This document shows positions 21,760 through 32,119 of a DNA stretch of 64,000 bases, one piece after another; within the stretch, counting starts at the first letter, position 1; every line of letters begins with the position of its first letter. The DNA is from an uncultured Chloroflexia bacterium (GTDB lineage Bacteria > Chloroflexota > Chloroflexia > QHBQ01 > JADMIH01). The notes below the pieces were generated by a model. It saw only the letters and a list, made by a program, of their open reading frames with translations, was not told the DNA's origin and made no database searches. Location: assembly GCA_963797095.1 (NCBI GenBank), contig CAWCNY010000006.1, forward strand, positions 640,001 to 704,000, given 5' to 3'. A program made the position numbers and the translations under genes.

Positions 21760-22620
21760 ATGGGACGAAAGGTCCATCCAACATCATTCAGGCTCGGCAT
21801 TATCCGAGATTGGCAATCTCGCTGGTACGCCGACCGCAACTATACCGACATGCTCCACGAGGATGTGCGCATTCGCGCCCTTGTGAATAAGAGACTATCG
21901 AACGCTTCTCTGTCCAGCATCGAGATCCAGCGTTCGGCCAACCAGCTTGACGTTACCCTTCACACAGCCAAACCGGGCGTTGTGATCGGCAAAGGCGGCC
22001 AGGCTGTTGACCAGCTTCGCAAAGACCTCGAAACGATGACGGGCAAGAAGGTCAAGCTCAATATTGAAGAGATCAAGCAGCCCGAGCTTGATGCCTATCT
22101 GGTAGCCGAGAGCATCGCCGAGCAGATCACCCGCCGCGTGTCATACAAGCGTGCCCTCAAGCAGGCTGTACTTCGCTCGACTCGTGCCGGGGCCAAAGGC
22201 GTCAAGATTCGCATCTCAGGCCGCCTCGGTGGCGCTGAAATGGCCCGCTCCGTGTGGGAGCGCGAAGGCCGCGTGCCTCTGCACACCATCCGCGCCGACA
22301 TCGACTACGGGCAGGTGCACGCCCACACAACCTATGGCCGCATCGGCGTCAAAGTGTGGATTTACAAGGGCGAAGTCATCCAGCGCAAAGGTGGCGACTC
22401 CCTGCTTGAGGTGGACCGCCCGCTGGCAACAGCCGCCCCGCGCCCTGAGCGCCGCGAACGACGCGAGCGCGATGACCGTGGCGGGCGCGGCGGAGGACGT
22501 GGCGGGGAGCGTGGAGATCGAGGAGATCGCGGCGAGCGCGCCCCTCGTGCCCCTCGAGCCGAAGCCCCTCAGACTGGTACGGCCTCCGGCGGCGAGATGG
22601 GCTCGTCCAACGAAGCGTGA
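21760..22620 (+). CDS. rpsC: 30S ribosomal protein S3 with Arg/Gly-rich tail
   Basis: [31 protein letters not shown]. Confidence 0.99.
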   Translation: MGRKVHPTSFRLGIIRDWQSRWYADRNYTDMLHEDVRIRALVNKRLSNASLSSIEIQRSANQLDVTLHTAKPGVVIGKGGQAVDQLRKDLETMTGKKVKLNIEEIKQPELDAYLVAESIAEQITRRVSYKRALKQAVLRSTRAGAKGVKIRISGRLGGAEMARSVWEREGRVPLHTIRADIDYGQVHAHTTYGRIGVKVWIYKGEVIQRKGGDSLLEVDRPLATAAPRPERRERRERDDRGGRGGGRGGERGDRGDRGERAPRAPRAEAPQTGTASGGEMGSSNEA

Positions 22621-22635
22621 TTGGAGTAATTAGCT

Positions 22636-23097
22636 ATGTTGATGCCTAAGAGAGTAAAACATCGCAAGCAGCATCGCGGCACCACCGGGGGCGGCGTGGC
22701 ACAGCGCGGCACCGAAGTTACATTCGGTGAGTTCGGCTTGCAGGCCCTCGAAACCGCCTGGATCGACAGCCGCCAGATCGAGGCTGCCCGCCGTGCCATC
22801 ACAGGTCACATCAAGCGCGGTGGCAAGGTCTGGATTCGCATCTTCCCGGACAAGAGCATGAGCGCCAAACCCGCCGAGACCCGCATGGGCTCCGGCAAGG
22901 GTGCTCCCGACCATTGGGTCGCTGTCATCAAGCCGGGCCGCGTGATGTTTGAAGTGTCGGGCGTGCGCGAGGATGTGGCAGCCGAAGCCATGCGCAAAGC
23001 AGGTCATAAGCTCCCTATTAAGACGCGCTTCGTGAAGCGCCAGGCCGAAGGCCAGGCAGTACCGGAGCCGCAAGCGGAGCCGGAGGACGAGGAGTAG
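22636..23097 (+). CDS. rplP: 50S ribosomal protein L16 (short acidic tail)
   Basis: [24 protein letters not shown]. Confidence 0.99.
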   Translation: MLMPKRVKHRKQHRGTTGGGVAQRGTEVTFGEFGLQALETAWIDSRQIEAARRAITGHIKRGGKVWIRIFPDKSMSAKPAETRMGSGKGAPDHWVAVIKPGRVMFEVSGVREDVAAEAMRKAGHKLPIKTRFVKRQAEGQAVPEPQAEPEDEE

Positions 23098-23102
23098 ACC
23101 AT

Positions 23103-23408
23103 ATGAAGGCAGAAGAGATAAACAGCATGAGCGAGTCTCAGCTTCGGACCATCCTTGAGGAGAACCGTCAGGAGCTTTTCAACCTGCGTTTCCAGGTGGC
23201 TACTCGCAAGATCAAGAATCACCAGCGCATCCCGCAGGTGAAAAAGGATATCGCCCGTATCATGACCGCCATGCGTGAGCGCGAGCTAATGCGTGAGTTC
23301 GCGGGCGTTGACCTGGAATCGGATCTGGTGGAAGCCATCCCAACCACCCAGGAGACAACAAGGAGCGGGGGCCTGCTTGGCCGCCTGCGCGGACGCGGAG
23401 GACGATAG
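23103..23408 (+). CDS. rpmC: 50S ribosomal protein L29 with C-terminal extension
   Basis: ELFNLRFQ, KKDIARIMT. Confidence 0.95.
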   Translation: MKAEEINSMSESQLRTILEENRQELFNLRFQVATRKIKNHQRIPQVKKDIARIMTAMRERELMREFAGVDLESDLVEAIPTTQETTRSGGLLGRLRGRGGR

Positions 23409-23474
23409 GACCGACGATAGACGAACGACTATGGGCGGGAAGCAAAACTTCCCCTCCATCTTCCGTCCTTCGTC
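23401..23474. repeat. Heptamer inverted-repeat element (GACGA family)
   Basis: GACGATA..GACGATA GACGAAC GACTATG ... CTCCATC TTCCGTC CTTCGTC. Confidence 0.75.
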
Positions 23475-23490
23475 CCCACAGGAGACAATA

Positions 23491-23817
23491 ATGGCAAAGA
23501 ACGAACCAACAGTACAGCAGGCCACGGGCGAGCAGCAGCTACCTGAGCAGCAGCTACTTGAGTACCTCCGCACCAAACGCACCGAAATCGGGCGCGTCGT
23601 CTCCGATAAGATGGAGAAGACGGTGGTGGTACTGGTCGAGCGCCGCAAACAGCACCCGATCTACAAGAAGGTGATGCGCCGCTCGGCCAAATTTATGGCC
23701 CACGACGAGCTCGGCGCGGCAATGGGTGACACCGTCCGCATTATCGAGAGCAGGCCGCTCAGCGCCCACAAGCGCTGGCGCGTGGTGGAGATTATCGCGA
23801 AAGCAGACCAAGTTTGA
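23491..23817 (+). CDS. rpsQ: 30S ribosomal protein S17 (N-terminal extension)
   Basis: GRVVSDKMEKT, ESRPLS.HKRW; ATG 23491 after AGGAG. Confidence 0.97.
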   Translation: MAKNEPTVQQATGEQQLPEQQLLEYLRTKRTEIGRVVSDKMEKTVVVLVERRKQHPIYKKVMRRSAKFMAHDELGAAMGDTVRIIESRPLSAHKRWRVVEIIAKADQV

Positions 23818-23887
23818 CGGACGGTAGACTATAGACGATTGGCGAAAGAGTCTTCGTCGTTCGTCCTTCGTCGTTCGTCCTTCGTCC
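23816..23887. repeat. Heptamer inverted-repeat element (GACGA family)
   Basis: GACGGTA GACTATA GACGATT GGCGAAA ... (TTCGTCS)x5 then AGGAG. Confidence 0.88.
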
Positions 23888-23901
23888 AGGAGAACTAGAC
23901 A

Positions 23902-24270
23902 ATGATCCAGCAAGAGACCCGCCTGCGTGTGGCGGACAATACAGGAGCCAAAGAGATCCTCTGCATTCGAGTGATGGGTGGCTCCAAACGCAAATATGCT
24001 CACGTAGGCGATATCATAGTAGCGGCGGTCAAGACCGCCACGCCCGGTGGCACGGTCAAGAAGGGTGAGGTGGTGCGCGCTGTAGTGGTTCGTACTGCCA
24101 AAGAATACAAGCGCCCGGACGGCTCACATATCCGCTTCGACGATAATGCTGCCGTAATCATAAACAAAGACAATGCCCCACGCGGCACTCGCATCTTCGG
24201 CCCGGTGGCCCGCGAATTGCGCGAGAGGCAGTTCATGAAAATCGTATCGCTCGCGCCAGAGGTTTTGTAG
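23902..24270 (+). CDS. rplN: 50S ribosomal protein L14
   Basis: [20 protein letters not shown]. Confidence 0.99.
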   Translation: MIQQETRLRVADNTGAKEILCIRVMGGSKRKYAHVGDIIVAAVKTATPGGTVKKGEVVRAVVVRTAKEYKRPDGSHIRFDDNAAVIINKDNAPRGTRIFGPVARELRERQFMKIVSLAPEVL

Positions 24271-24343
24271 GAAAGACGATAGACCTGGATGATCTGACCT
24301 TCGTCACTCATCCTACTTCATGCGTCCTCCGTAGGAGATTCGA

Positions 24344-24691
24344 ATGAATATCAAGCAGAACGACACCGTGCTAATCATAGCCGGCAAAGATAAGGGCAAG
24401 AAAGGCAAAGTGCGTGAGGTACATCCCACCGACCATGCCGTGATTGTCGAAGGTATTAATATCGTAAAGAAACACACCAGGGGCCGTTCGGGTGCGCGCC
24501 AGGCAGGTGTGATCGAGCAGGAAGCACCTCTCAACGCCGCCAAGGTGATGGTGGTATGTCCATCCTGCAACAGAGGCGTGCGCGTGGGCCACACTTTGCT
24601 CGCTAACGGTCAGAAGGTGCGCGTGTGCCGCCATTGCGGCGAAACCTTCGAGGCCGATGCCACCCAGGAAAAGTGGGGTGGCCGCCGGTAG
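24344..24691 (+). CDS. rplX: 50S ribosomal protein L24
   Basis: KOW motif IAGKDKGKKGKV; CPSC...CRHC. Confidence 0.98.
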   Translation: MNIKQNDTVLIIAGKDKGKKGKVREVHPTDHAVIVEGINIVKKHTRGRSGARQAGVIEQEAPLNAAKVMVVCPSCNRGVRVGHTLLANGQKVRVCRHCGETFEADATQEKWGGRR

Positions 24692-24736
24692 TTTTAGATT
24701 TCATAAATCCGAAATCTGCAATCTAAGACCCGAAAT
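24691..24736. repeat. Heptamer element (CAAAATC family)
   Basis: GTTTTAG ATTTC ... CGAAATC TGCAATC TAAGACC CGAAAT. Confidence 0.7.
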
Positions 24737-24793
24737 TGAAATGGGCTGCAACCTTCAGAAGACGACCAGCCAAATAGAAAGAGGAGATTTACA

Positions 24794-25513
24794 GTGGCTA
24801 AGGACGATAACAAAGGCAAAGCCGGGACGGCCAAAGGTGGAGGCAAGCCGTCAAACGCTCAACAGAGGGGTGGCGGGCAGGGCGCAGGTGCCAATGGTGC
24901 AGCCGCGAGCCAGCCTCGCGCCCAGCTTCGTAGTGCCGGTGGCCCTAATGAGATACCGGAAGGCTATGTGCCTCGCCTCAAGAAGAGATATGCAGATGAA
25001 GTGGTTCCTGCCCTGCTCAAGGAATTCAATTTCTCTAATGTAATGCAGGTTCCAGTGGTCAAGAAAGTAGTTATTAATATCGGTATGGGAAGCGAGGCAC
25101 GTGAAAACGTCAAGTCGCTCGATAATGCCGTGGGCGACCTGGCCCAGATCACCGGCCAGAGGGCTGTGATCACCCGCGCCAAGAAGTCTATCGCTGCCTT
25201 CAAGTTGCGCACAGGGATGCCCATCGGCGTGATGGTCACCTTGCGCGGCCCCAGGATGTGGGACTTCCTGGACAAACTGTTCAATATAACGCTGGCTCGC
25301 GTGCGCGACTTTTCGGGTGTGTCCCCCAGTTCGTTTGACGGGCATGGCAACTTCACCCTCGGCCTGCGTGAGCAACTGATCTTCCCTGAAATCGAATATG
25401 ACAACATCGACAAGGTTCGTGGCATGGAGATCGTAATTGTGACCTCTGCCAGGAACGATGAAGAAGGCCGCAGCCTTCTGCAACACCTGGGAATGCCGTT
25501 CAAAAGAGGCTGA
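24794..25513 (+). CDS. rplE: 50S ribosomal protein L5 with Gly/Ala-rich N-terminal extension
   Basis: [23 protein letters not shown]; GTG start after GAGGAG. Confidence 0.97.
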   Translation: MAKDDNKGKAGTAKGGGKPSNAQQRGGGQGAGANGAAASQPRAQLRSAGGPNEIPEGYVPRLKKRYADEVVPALLKEFNFSNVMQVPVVKKVVINIGMGSEARENVKSLDNAVGDLAQITGQRAVITRAKKSIAAFKLRTGMPIGVMVTLRGPRMWDFLDKLFNITLARVRDFSGVSPSSFDGHGNFTLGLREQLIFPEIEYDNIDKVRGMEIVIVTSARNDEEGRSLLQHLGMPFKRG

Positions 25514-25516
25514 TAC

Positions 25517-25588
25517 GATTTCGGATTTTTGGATTGCTGATTGCGGATTGGAAAATAGGTCCGAAATCTAAAATCTAAAGTCTAAAAT
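25517..25588. repeat. Heptamer inverted-repeat element (GATTTTG/CAAAATC family)
   Basis: GATTTCG GATTTTTG GATTGCT GATTGCG ... CCGAAAT CTAAAAT CTAAAGT CTAAAAT then AAGGAG. Confidence 0.85.
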
Positions 25589-25598
25589 AAGGAGATAT

Positions 25599-25784
25599 AT
25601 GGCCAAGAAATCAATGATAGCAAAGTCGCTCCGCACACCGAAGTTCCATGTGCGCCAGCACAATCGTTGCAAGATCTGCGGACGCCCTCGCGCCTACATT
25701 CGCAAGTTCGGAATGTGCCGCATCTGCTTCCGCGAGCATGCGTCTCGTGGTATGCTGCCCGGCGTCGTAAAGTCGAGCTGGTAA
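25599..25784 (+). CDS. rpsN: 30S ribosomal protein S14 (short, Zn-binding type)
   Basis: RCKICGRPR...MCRICFRE, 61 aa. Confidence 0.98.
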   Translation: MAKKSMIAKSLRTPKFHVRQHNRCKICGRPRAYIRKFGMCRICFREHASRGMLPGVVKSSW

Positions 25785-25794
25785 CCCACAGTCA

Positions 25795-25863
25795 TGAGCA
25801 CCTGGTACCGAGTGCTCGGACCTCCAGATGAACTCGGTACTCAGTACTTGGTACTCAGTACTG
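25795..25863. repeat. Heptamer inverted-repeat element (GAGTAC/GTACTC family)
   Basis: TGAGCAC CTGGTAC CGAGTGC ... GGTACTC AGTACTT GGTACTC AGTACTG. Confidence 0.8.
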
Positions 25864-25916
25864 GAAATGCTTAGGACGGCCATTATGGCCGTTGCCGCAA
25901 GGAGAAATCACGGCTT

Positions 25917-26315
25917 ATGAATATGACAGATCCTATCGCCGATATGCTGACCCGCATTCGCAACGCCAGCATGGCGCGACACCAGAGTGTGCTGATCCCT
26001 AATTCCAACGTGAAGGTGGAGATCGCCCGCATCTTGAAGAACGAAGGCTACATCCGCGATTACGACATGCCACCCGACATGGAAGGGCGCATGTTCCGCG
26101 TATGGCTCAAGTACGGCCCCGACAAGAGGCCCGTGCTGTCGGGTATCAAGCGCGTCAGCAAGCCCGGCCTGCGCGTCTACACCAAGCGCAAAGATATTCC
26201 GATGGTGCTGAGCGGGCTTGGCGTTACCATCCTCTCCACCCCTCAGGGCGTGATGACCGGTCGCGAAGCCTTCGGCAAAAAGTTGGGCGGTGAGGTAGTG
26301 GCTTACGTCTGGTAG
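25917..26315 (+). CDS. rpsH: 30S ribosomal protein S8
   Basis: [25 protein letters not shown]. Confidence 0.99.
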   Translation: MNMTDPIADMLTRIRNASMARHQSVLIPNSNVKVEIARILKNEGYIRDYDMPPDMEGRMFRVWLKYGPDKRPVLSGIKRVSKPGLRVYTKRKDIPMVLSGLGVTILSTPQGVMTGREAFGKKLGGEVVAYVW

Positions 26316-26379
26316 ATCGTGATACGTGATGAGTGATACGTGATCTCCCATGAATGTTCGCCGTAAGCAGTATTCACGT
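26316..26379. repeat. Heptamer element (ACGTGA family; left arm clear, right arm decayed)
   Basis: ATCGTGA TACGTGA TGAGTGA TACGTGA. Confidence 0.75.
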
Positions 26380-26402
26380 GTCCGCACTAGGAGAAAAGAA
26401 CA

Positions 26403-26963
26403 ATGTCTCGTATTGGTAACAAACCTATACCTCTACCCAAGGGCGTGACTGTGGAGCTGGATGGCTCCCACATGCGAGTCAAAGGGCCTAAAGGCACCCT
26501 TGAGCAGTCCTTCCGCTCGGAGGTGGATATTGAGGTGCAGGACAGCCAGATCGTGGTCACGCGCCCCGTTGAGGACAAGTTGCACCGCTCGCTCCACGGC
26601 CTCACCCGCACCCTCATCAACAACATGGTGGTGGGTGTGACCGATGGTTTCACCCGCACCCTCGAAATTGCGGGCGTCGGCTACCGCGTAGCTAAAGAGG
26701 GCAATTCGCTTGTCTTTTCCCTCGGATATTCGCACCCCGTTCGCATCGACCCACCGACCGGCATTAGCTTCGGCGTAGAGACCCCAACCCGATTCACAGT
26801 ATCGGGCATCGACAAGCAGGCCGTCGGACAGCAGGCCGCCATAATCCGCATGCTCCGCAAGCCTGAGCCTTACAAAGGCAAAGGTATAAGCTACCAGGGT
26901 GAGCGCATCCGCCGCAAGGCTGGCAAGGCCGGTAAGGTCGGCGGCAAGGGCGGTAAGAAGTAA
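26403..26963 (+). CDS. rplF: 50S ribosomal protein L6
   Basis: [18 protein letters not shown]. Confidence 0.99.
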   Translation: MSRIGNKPIPLPKGVTVELDGSHMRVKGPKGTLEQSFRSEVDIEVQDSQIVVTRPVEDKLHRSLHGLTRTLINNMVVGVTDGFTRTLEIAGVGYRVAKEGNSLVFSLGYSHPVRIDPPTGISFGVETPTRFTVSGIDKQAVGQQAAIIRMLRKPEPYKGKGISYQGERIRRKAGKAGKVGGKGGKK

Positions 26964-26966
26964 ACG

Positions 26967-27046
26967 CCACTGCTTATTGCGTATTGCATGTTGCGTAACG
27001 ATGAAACGGACAGAATACACAGTGCGTAGTAAGCAATACGCAGTGG
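26967..27046. repeat. Heptamer inverted-repeat element (GTATTGC/GCAATAC)
   Basis: CCACTGC TTATTGC GTATTGC ATGTTGC ... AATACAC AGTGCGT AGTAAGC AATACGC AGTGG. Confidence 0.85.
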
Positions 27047-27090
27047 AAATCGCCTGAATATGACCAGGCAACATAAAGGATAAAAGAGAA

Positions 27091-27447
27091 ATGAAGCAGA
27101 AACCGCATGAAATGACGCCGCGCCATAAGCGGCACAACCGCGTCCGAGCGCGCATGCATGGCACACCGGAGAAACCTCGCTTGAATGTTTTCCGCAGCCT
27201 CAACCATATCTACGCGCAGGTTATTGACGACGATGCGGGCCACACCCTGGTGGCTGCCTCCACCCTCGACAAAGAGGTGAGCGAGGCCCCCAAGATGCAG
27301 CAGGCCCAGGCAGTCGGCAAGCTTGTAGCCGAGCGCGCCAAGGCCGCCGGTATCGGCAAAGTAGTATTCGACAGGGGTGGCTATCTTTACCACGGGCGTA
27401 TCAAAGCCCTGGCAGATAGCGCCCGCGAAGGCGGACTCGATTTCTAG
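27091..27447 (+). CDS. rplR: 50S ribosomal protein L18
   Basis: [21 protein letters not shown]. Confidence 0.99.
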   Translation: MKQKPHEMTPRHKRHNRVRARMHGTPEKPRLNVFRSLNHIYAQVIDDDAGHTLVAASTLDKEVSEAPKMQQAQAVGKLVAERAKAAGIGKVVFDRGGYLYHGRIKALADSAREGGLDF

Positions 27448-27456
27448 ACAGAAAGC

Positions 27457-27504
27457 GGGGTGCAGGGGAATTCCCTTGCCGGGGGTTCCAGGGGTATTCC
27501 CTGA
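27457..27504 (+). repeat. G-rich double-hairpin intergenic repeat, copy 2
   Basis: GCAGGGGAATTCCCTTGC then CAGGGGTATTCCCTG. Confidence 0.6.
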
Positions 27505-27539
27505 CCTGACCCTCCCCTAACAGGAAGTTCGGAGGAAAA

Positions 27540-28271
27540 ATGGCTAGATTAGAACGAGGAACCATATCAGAGCTTGATGAGAAGCTGGTCCAGGTCAACC
27601 GTGTCGCCAAAGTGGTGAAAGGTGGCCGCAGGTTCAACTTCAGCTCGGTGGTAGTGGTAGGTGACGGTAAGGGCATGGTTGGCGCCGGTACAGGTAAAGC
27701 CTCCGAGGTCCCCGACTCGATCCGCAAGGCGGGCGACGACGCCAAGAAGCACATGATCCGTGTGCCTCTCGTCGGCAGCACCATCCCCCACGATGTGCGT
27801 GTCTCCTACGGCGCAAGCACTGTCTACCTCAAGCCCGCTGCTCCCGGTACCGGCGTGATAGCCGGTGGTGGAGTGCGTGCGGTACTTGAAGCTGCCGGTG
27901 TGCGCGACGTGTTCGGCAAGTCGCTCGGCAACAACAACCCCATCAACCTGGTGCGCGCCACCCTGCTGGCCCTCTCCAAACTCCATTCTGTGGAGGATGA
28001 GGCCATGCGTCGTGGTATCCCCCAGGAGGAGATGGAGAAGCGACTCTTCCGCAAGGACGTAGCCGTCCAGAAGGCGATCCGCGAGGGCCGTATGCAAGCT
28101 GCTCCCGCCATCAGGACCGTCGAAAAACCTGCTCGCGAGGAGCGCCCACCCAGGCGTGATGGTCGTGGCCGCGACGGCCAGGGTGCCGGCCCCGGTGGCG
28201 GTGGCCGAGGCAACCGTGGCGATAACCGCGGTGGTCAGGGCAGAGGAGGAGGCGGACGTGGCCGAGGCTAA
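27540..28271 (+). CDS. rpsE: 30S ribosomal protein S5 with RGG-rich tail
   Basis: [24 protein letters not shown]. Confidence 0.99.
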   Translation: MARLERGTISELDEKLVQVNRVAKVVKGGRRFNFSSVVVVGDGKGMVGAGTGKASEVPDSIRKAGDDAKKHMIRVPLVGSTIPHDVRVSYGASTVYLKPAAPGTGVIAGGGVRAVLEAAGVRDVFGKSLGNNNPINLVRATLLALSKLHSVEDEAMRRGIPQEEMEKRLFRKDVAVQKAIREGRMQAAPAIRTVEKPAREERPPRRDGRGRDGQGAGPGGGGRGNRGDNRGGQGRGGGGRGRG

Positions 28272-28473
28272 GAAGACTGAGAGCAAGGCCGAAGACGCAA
28301 AGACCCTCCGTATCACCTGGGTCAAGAGCGCCATCGGCTATCCCAAAAACCAGAAGGCGACTATAGCCGCCCTGGGGTTGCGCCGTCTTAACCAGACGGT
28401 CGAGCAGCCCGATAACCCCGCTATCCGGGGCCAGATCTTCCGCGTACAGCACCTGTTGCGCGTCGAAGAATAG
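28258..28473 (+). CDS. rpmD: 50S ribosomal protein L30
   Basis: [22 protein letters not shown]; GTG 28258 after GGAGG, overlapping the rpsE end. Confidence 0.93.
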   Translation: MAEAKKTESKAEDAKTLRITWVKSAIGYPKNQKATIAALGLRRLNQTVEQPDNPAIRGQIFRVQHLLRVEE

Positions 28474-28541
28474 TGTGACGGCCTCAGGCCGATAACGCGA
28501 GGCACGACTCATGGAGTTTGTGTCGAGAAAGGATCATCGCA

Positions 28542-29066
28542 GTGAAATTGAATGATATCGCCTCCCCGCAAGGTACGAATAAAGACAGGAAGCGTGTTGG
28601 GCGCGGCCACGGCTCCGGCCACGTAAAAACCGCCGGGCGCGGTACCAAAGGCCAGAAGGCCCGCACAGGCGGTAATGTGCCGCCACGCTTCCAGGGCGGC
28701 CAGACCCCTATTCAACAGCAACTTCCCTACAAGCGCGGCTTTACGAATATCTGGACTCAGCGTTACAATATAGTCAACCTGGGGCGATTGGCGGGGCTTG
28801 AGAAAGGCGCTGAAGTCACCCCTCAGAGCCTGCTCACGCTGGGCCTTCTGCGCGACAACGACAAGCCACTTAAGATACTGGGCGATGGCGATCTATCAGT
28901 AGCAATCACCGTCAGCGCCCACAAAGTGAGCGAAGGCGCAAGACAGAAGATCGAGGCTGCGGGCGGTAGCGTAAATATCATCGAAACCCCCAACGCACCG
29001 CACCGCTCGAAAGGTCGCAGCGAAGCCCCCATCCGGGCCATGAAGGCCCGCCAGGCAGGAAAGTAA
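28542..29066 (+). CDS. rplO: 50S ribosomal protein L15
   Basis: RVGRGHGSG, FQGGQTP, KILGDG; start GTG 28542. Confidence 0.97.
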   Translation: MKLNDIASPQGTNKDRKRVGRGHGSGHVKTAGRGTKGQKARTGGNVPPRFQGGQTPIQQQLPYKRGFTNIWTQRYNIVNLGRLAGLEKGAEVTPQSLLTLGLLRDNDKPLKILGDGDLSVAITVSAHKVSEGARQKIEAAGGSVNIIETPNAPHRSKGRSEAPIRAMKARQAGK

Positions 29067-29135
29067 TCGGAGTCGGTAGTCGGTAGTCAGTAGTTGGATC
29101 TCTGTTCAACTACCGACTACCGACTACCGACTACC
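29063..29135. repeat. Heptamer inverted-repeat element (GTAGTCG/CGACTAC)
   Basis: GTAGTCG GTAGTCA GTAGTTG ... CAACTAC (CGACTAC)x3. Confidence 0.9.
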
Positions 29136-29154
29136 TTACCGAAAGGACAGGCAC

Positions 29155-30477
29155 ATGCTCCAGGCAGTAATCAATGCCTTCAAGATTGGCGACTTGCGCA
29201 GGAAGATACTCTTCACGCTCGGCATGCTCGCTGTCTTCCGTGTGATCGCCCACATCCCTGTGCCAGGCGTTGATTTTACGCGGCTCGATACCGCATTTGA
29301 TCCCAACAATCCGGCGAACCAGCAGTTCGGCGGCCTGCTCAACATTCTCAACATCTTCTCAGGAGGCACGCTCCAGAACTTCAGCGTTGCGGCTATGGGT
29401 GTCTACCCGTACATTACTGCCTCCATTATCATCCAGCTTCTGACGGGCGTTATCCCCCGCCTCACGGAGTTGAGCAAAGAGGGTGAGAGTGGTAGGAACC
29501 AACTGAACAGGTACACCCACTGGCTCACCGTTCCGCTGGCGGCTCTCCAGGCGTTCGGCCAGGCGGGGCTTCTCAACAGCCAGTTCGGCGCGCTTCCCCA
29601 GTTCGGCACCGACCTTTTGCTCACAGTCACCGTTATCATAAGCCTTGTCTGCGGCACAATGTTCCTTGTGTGGCTCGGCGAGCTGATTACAGAGAATGGC
29701 ATCGGCCAGGGCATCTCTATCATCATCTTCGGTGGTATCGCAGCCCGTATCCCAGGTCAGATCTTACAGTTGACTCAGTCCGGCAGCACCGGCACAGGCA
29801 TTTTCAGCATCGCCCTGTTCGCCGCCATCGGCCTTCTCACAGTGGTTGGAATCATCCTCATCAATGAAGGCCAGCGCCGCATCCCTGTTCACTATTCGCG
29901 CAGCATCATGCGTGGTGGCAGGATGATGAGGCAGGCAGGCACATCATTCATACCGCTACGCGTCAACTCCTCCGGTATGATCCCGCTCATCTTCGCCCTC
30001 TCAATCATGAGCTTCCCGGTGATCGTAGCCGGTTTCTTCACTGCCGCCTCCACCGATTGGGTGAAAAACGCCGCGCTCTGGGTGTATGGCACTTTCCAGC
30101 CTAGTTCGCCTCTCTACAACATCGTCTACTTCCTGATGGTGGTGGCATTTACTTTCTTCTATACAAGTGTGGTATTCTCTCAGCAGCGTATTGCCGAGAA
30201 CCTCCAGAAATCTGGAGGTGCGGTGCCTGGCATACGTCCGGGGCCGAACACAGATCGCTTCCTAAATACCGTGCTCACCAGGATCACCGTAGCTGGCGCT
30301 TTCTTCCTGGGCATAGTGGCTATCCTCCCCTGGTTAGCCTCCCTGGTGACCGGCGTGCAACTCCTCAACTTCAGTTCGACCTCTCTCCTCATCGTGGTTG
30401 GTGTCGCCATAGATACAATGAAGCAATTGGAGTCCCAACTCCTGATGAGGCGGTATGAAGGCTTTATCAATCGCTGA
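29155..30477 (+). CDS. secY: Preprotein translocase SecY
   Basis: GVYPYITASII, WLGELITENGIG, GMIPLIFA, PGIRPG. Confidence 0.99.
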   Translation: MLQAVINAFKIGDLRRKILFTLGMLAVFRVIAHIPVPGVDFTRLDTAFDPNNPANQQFGGLLNILNIFSGGTLQNFSVAAMGVYPYITASIIIQLLTGVIPRLTELSKEGESGRNQLNRYTHWLTVPLAALQAFGQAGLLNSQFGALPQFGTDLLLTVTVIISLVCGTMFLVWLGELITENGIGQGISIIIFGGIAARIPGQILQLTQSGSTGTGIFSIALFAAIGLLTVVGIILINEGQRRIPVHYSRSIMRGGRMMRQAGTSFIPLRVNSSGMIPLIFALSIMSFPVIVAGFFTAASTDWVKNAALWVYGTFQPSSPLYNIVYFLMVVAFTFFYTSVVFSQQRIAENLQKSGGAVPGIRPGPNTDRFLNTVLTRITVAGAFFLGIVAILPWLASLVTGVQLLNFSSTSLLIVVGVAIDTMKQLESQLLMRRYEGFINR

Positions 30478-30481
30478 CCTG

Positions 30482-30512
30482 GTTTTGGCCTGTGGATCTT
30501 GGATTGTGGATC
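30482..30512. repeat. Heptamer repeat, single left arm
   Basis: GTTTTGG CCTGTGG ATCTTGG ATTGTGG ATC. Confidence 0.65.
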
Positions 30513-30593
30513 AATGAGTAGGATGCAATGGAAAAAACAGTCCAAACTCAACAAGCTGAAAACTACAACCTGAGTGACAATGGAGTCACGCAA

Positions 30594-31235
30594 ATGATCA
30601 TCATCCTGTTGGGCGCACCGGGGGCGGGGAAAGGCACTCAATCGGAGATACTCGAGGACAGGCTTGGCATGGTCCATATCTCCAGTGGCGACCTCCTCCG
30701 GGAAAACGTCAAGAACGATACTGAGCTTGGCAGAGTTGCCAATGAGTATATGATCAAGGGCTTACTGGTGCCGGATCATTTGATCATCGATATGATCACT
30801 GACCGCATGGCTCTACCCGATGCGGAGCGCGGAGTGTTGTTGGATGGATTTCCACGCACCCTCCCGCAGGCCGAGGCACTGGACGATGCCCTCGACATCA
30901 AGGGCAAGCGGGTCAACTCCGCCCTTTACATCAAAGTCGCAGACGATGCACTGATAGGCAGGCTTTCGGGCCGGTGGATCTGCCGGAAGTGCGGCCATAT
31001 CTATCATGAGAAATTCAACCCGCCCACCGTTCCGGGCGTGTGCGATGTATGTGGAGGCGAGCTATACCAGCGCCCTGACGATACCCGGGAGACCGCTATC
31101 ACACGTATAGAGGTTTTCCATAACCTGACACAACCCATAATCGAATATTATCGCCGGCGGGGCATCCTCCAGGAAGTGAACGGCGATCAGCCGGTAGAGG
31201 ATGTAACTCGCGACCTTCTTGAACGGCTGCGGTAA
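30594..31235 (+). CDS. adk: Adenylate kinase (Zn-lid type)
   Basis: GAPGAGKGT, LDGFPR, CRKC...CDVC lid; ATG 30594 after GGAG. Confidence 0.97.
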   Translation: MIIILLGAPGAGKGTQSEILEDRLGMVHISSGDLLRENVKNDTELGRVANEYMIKGLLVPDHLIIDMITDRMALPDAERGVLLDGFPRTLPQAEALDDALDIKGKRVNSALYIKVADDALIGRLSGRWICRKCGHIYHEKFNPPTVPGVCDVCGGELYQRPDDTRETAITRIEVFHNLTQPIIEYYRRRGILQEVNGDQPVEDVTRDLLERLR

Positions 31236-31290
31236 TAACAATAATTGCAGATGACGGATCCCCTGGCCCCTAATCTGTATCTGAACTGAA

Positions 31291-32061
31291 ATGGCAATCT
31301 ATTTGAAATCACCAAAGGAAATAGAGCTGATGCGCCAGGCTGGGCGCATCGTTGCTCAGACGCTGCAATTGCTCGCCGAACATGCCAAGCCTGGCGTAAC
31401 CACGCGTGAGCTGGACGAGATGGCCTACCGCTTTATCAAATCGCAGGGGGCCATCCCAACCTTCAAGGGCTACCACCCGTTCCCCAATATCCGGCCCTTC
31501 CCAGGCTCGATCTGCGCCTCCGTAAACGAAGAGATCGTACACGGCATCCCGAGCGACCGCCAGCTACAAGAAGGCGATATTATCGCCCTGGATTGCGGCA
31601 CTATCTACAGGGGCTGGCAGGGCGACTCCGCGCTGACCGTGGCCGTGGGTAAGATAAGGCCCGAACTGCAAAAGTTGTTGGAGGTGACCAAGTCATCTCT
31701 GGAAGCTGGCATTGCGCAGGCGCGGGTCGGCAACCGCGTCGGTGACATATCTCATGCTGTCGAGCAGCGCATCAGGCAGGGCGGTAACTACGGCATCGTG
31801 CGCGAATATGGCGGGCACGGCCTGGGCAGACGCCTCTGGGAAGACCCATCTGTTCCCAACCACGGCGCGCCTCACCAGGGCGACCGTCTGCGGGTGGGCA
31901 TGGTAATCGCTATCGAGCCGATGCTAAACATGGGTGGTGAGGAAACCGAAACCCTTCCGGATGGTTGGACCGTTGTCACCAAAGACCGCAAACCATCGGC
32001 CCACTTCGAGCATACGGTAGCAATCACCGAAAATGGCCCTGAGATTTTGACTTTGCCGTAA
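31291..32061 (+). CDS. map: Methionine aminopeptidase type I
   Basis: SVNEEIVHGIP, GHGLG, AIEPM, SAHFEHT. Confidence 0.98.
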   Translation: MAIYLKSPKEIELMRQAGRIVAQTLQLLAEHAKPGVTTRELDEMAYRFIKSQGAIPTFKGYHPFPNIRPFPGSICASVNEEIVHGIPSDRQLQEGDIIALDCGTIYRGWQGDSALTVAVGKIRPELQKLLEVTKSSLEAGIAQARVGNRVGDISHAVEQRIRQGGNYGIVREYGGHGLGRRLWEDPSVPNHGAPHQGDRLRVGMVIAIEPMLNMGGEETETLPDGWTVVTKDRKPSAHFEHTVAITENGPEILTLP

Positions 32062-32075
32062 TCTTGTGATATAAT
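32047..32075 (+). promoter_or_regulatory. Internal promoter upstream of infA
   Basis: TTGACT-N17-TATAAT with extended TG. Confidence 0.75.
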
Positions 32076-32119
32076 TAGCGTTTGGTGCTCCCTTTTTCGG
32101 GGGCGGCAAAAGAGACACT

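Noticed and set aside
24270-24332. Heptamer element between rplN and rplX
   Set aside because: Only traces (GACGATA, CTTCGTC); probably a decayed copy, too weak to call
31236-31290. Hairpin between adk and map
   Set aside because: Weak complementarity and no clear period 7
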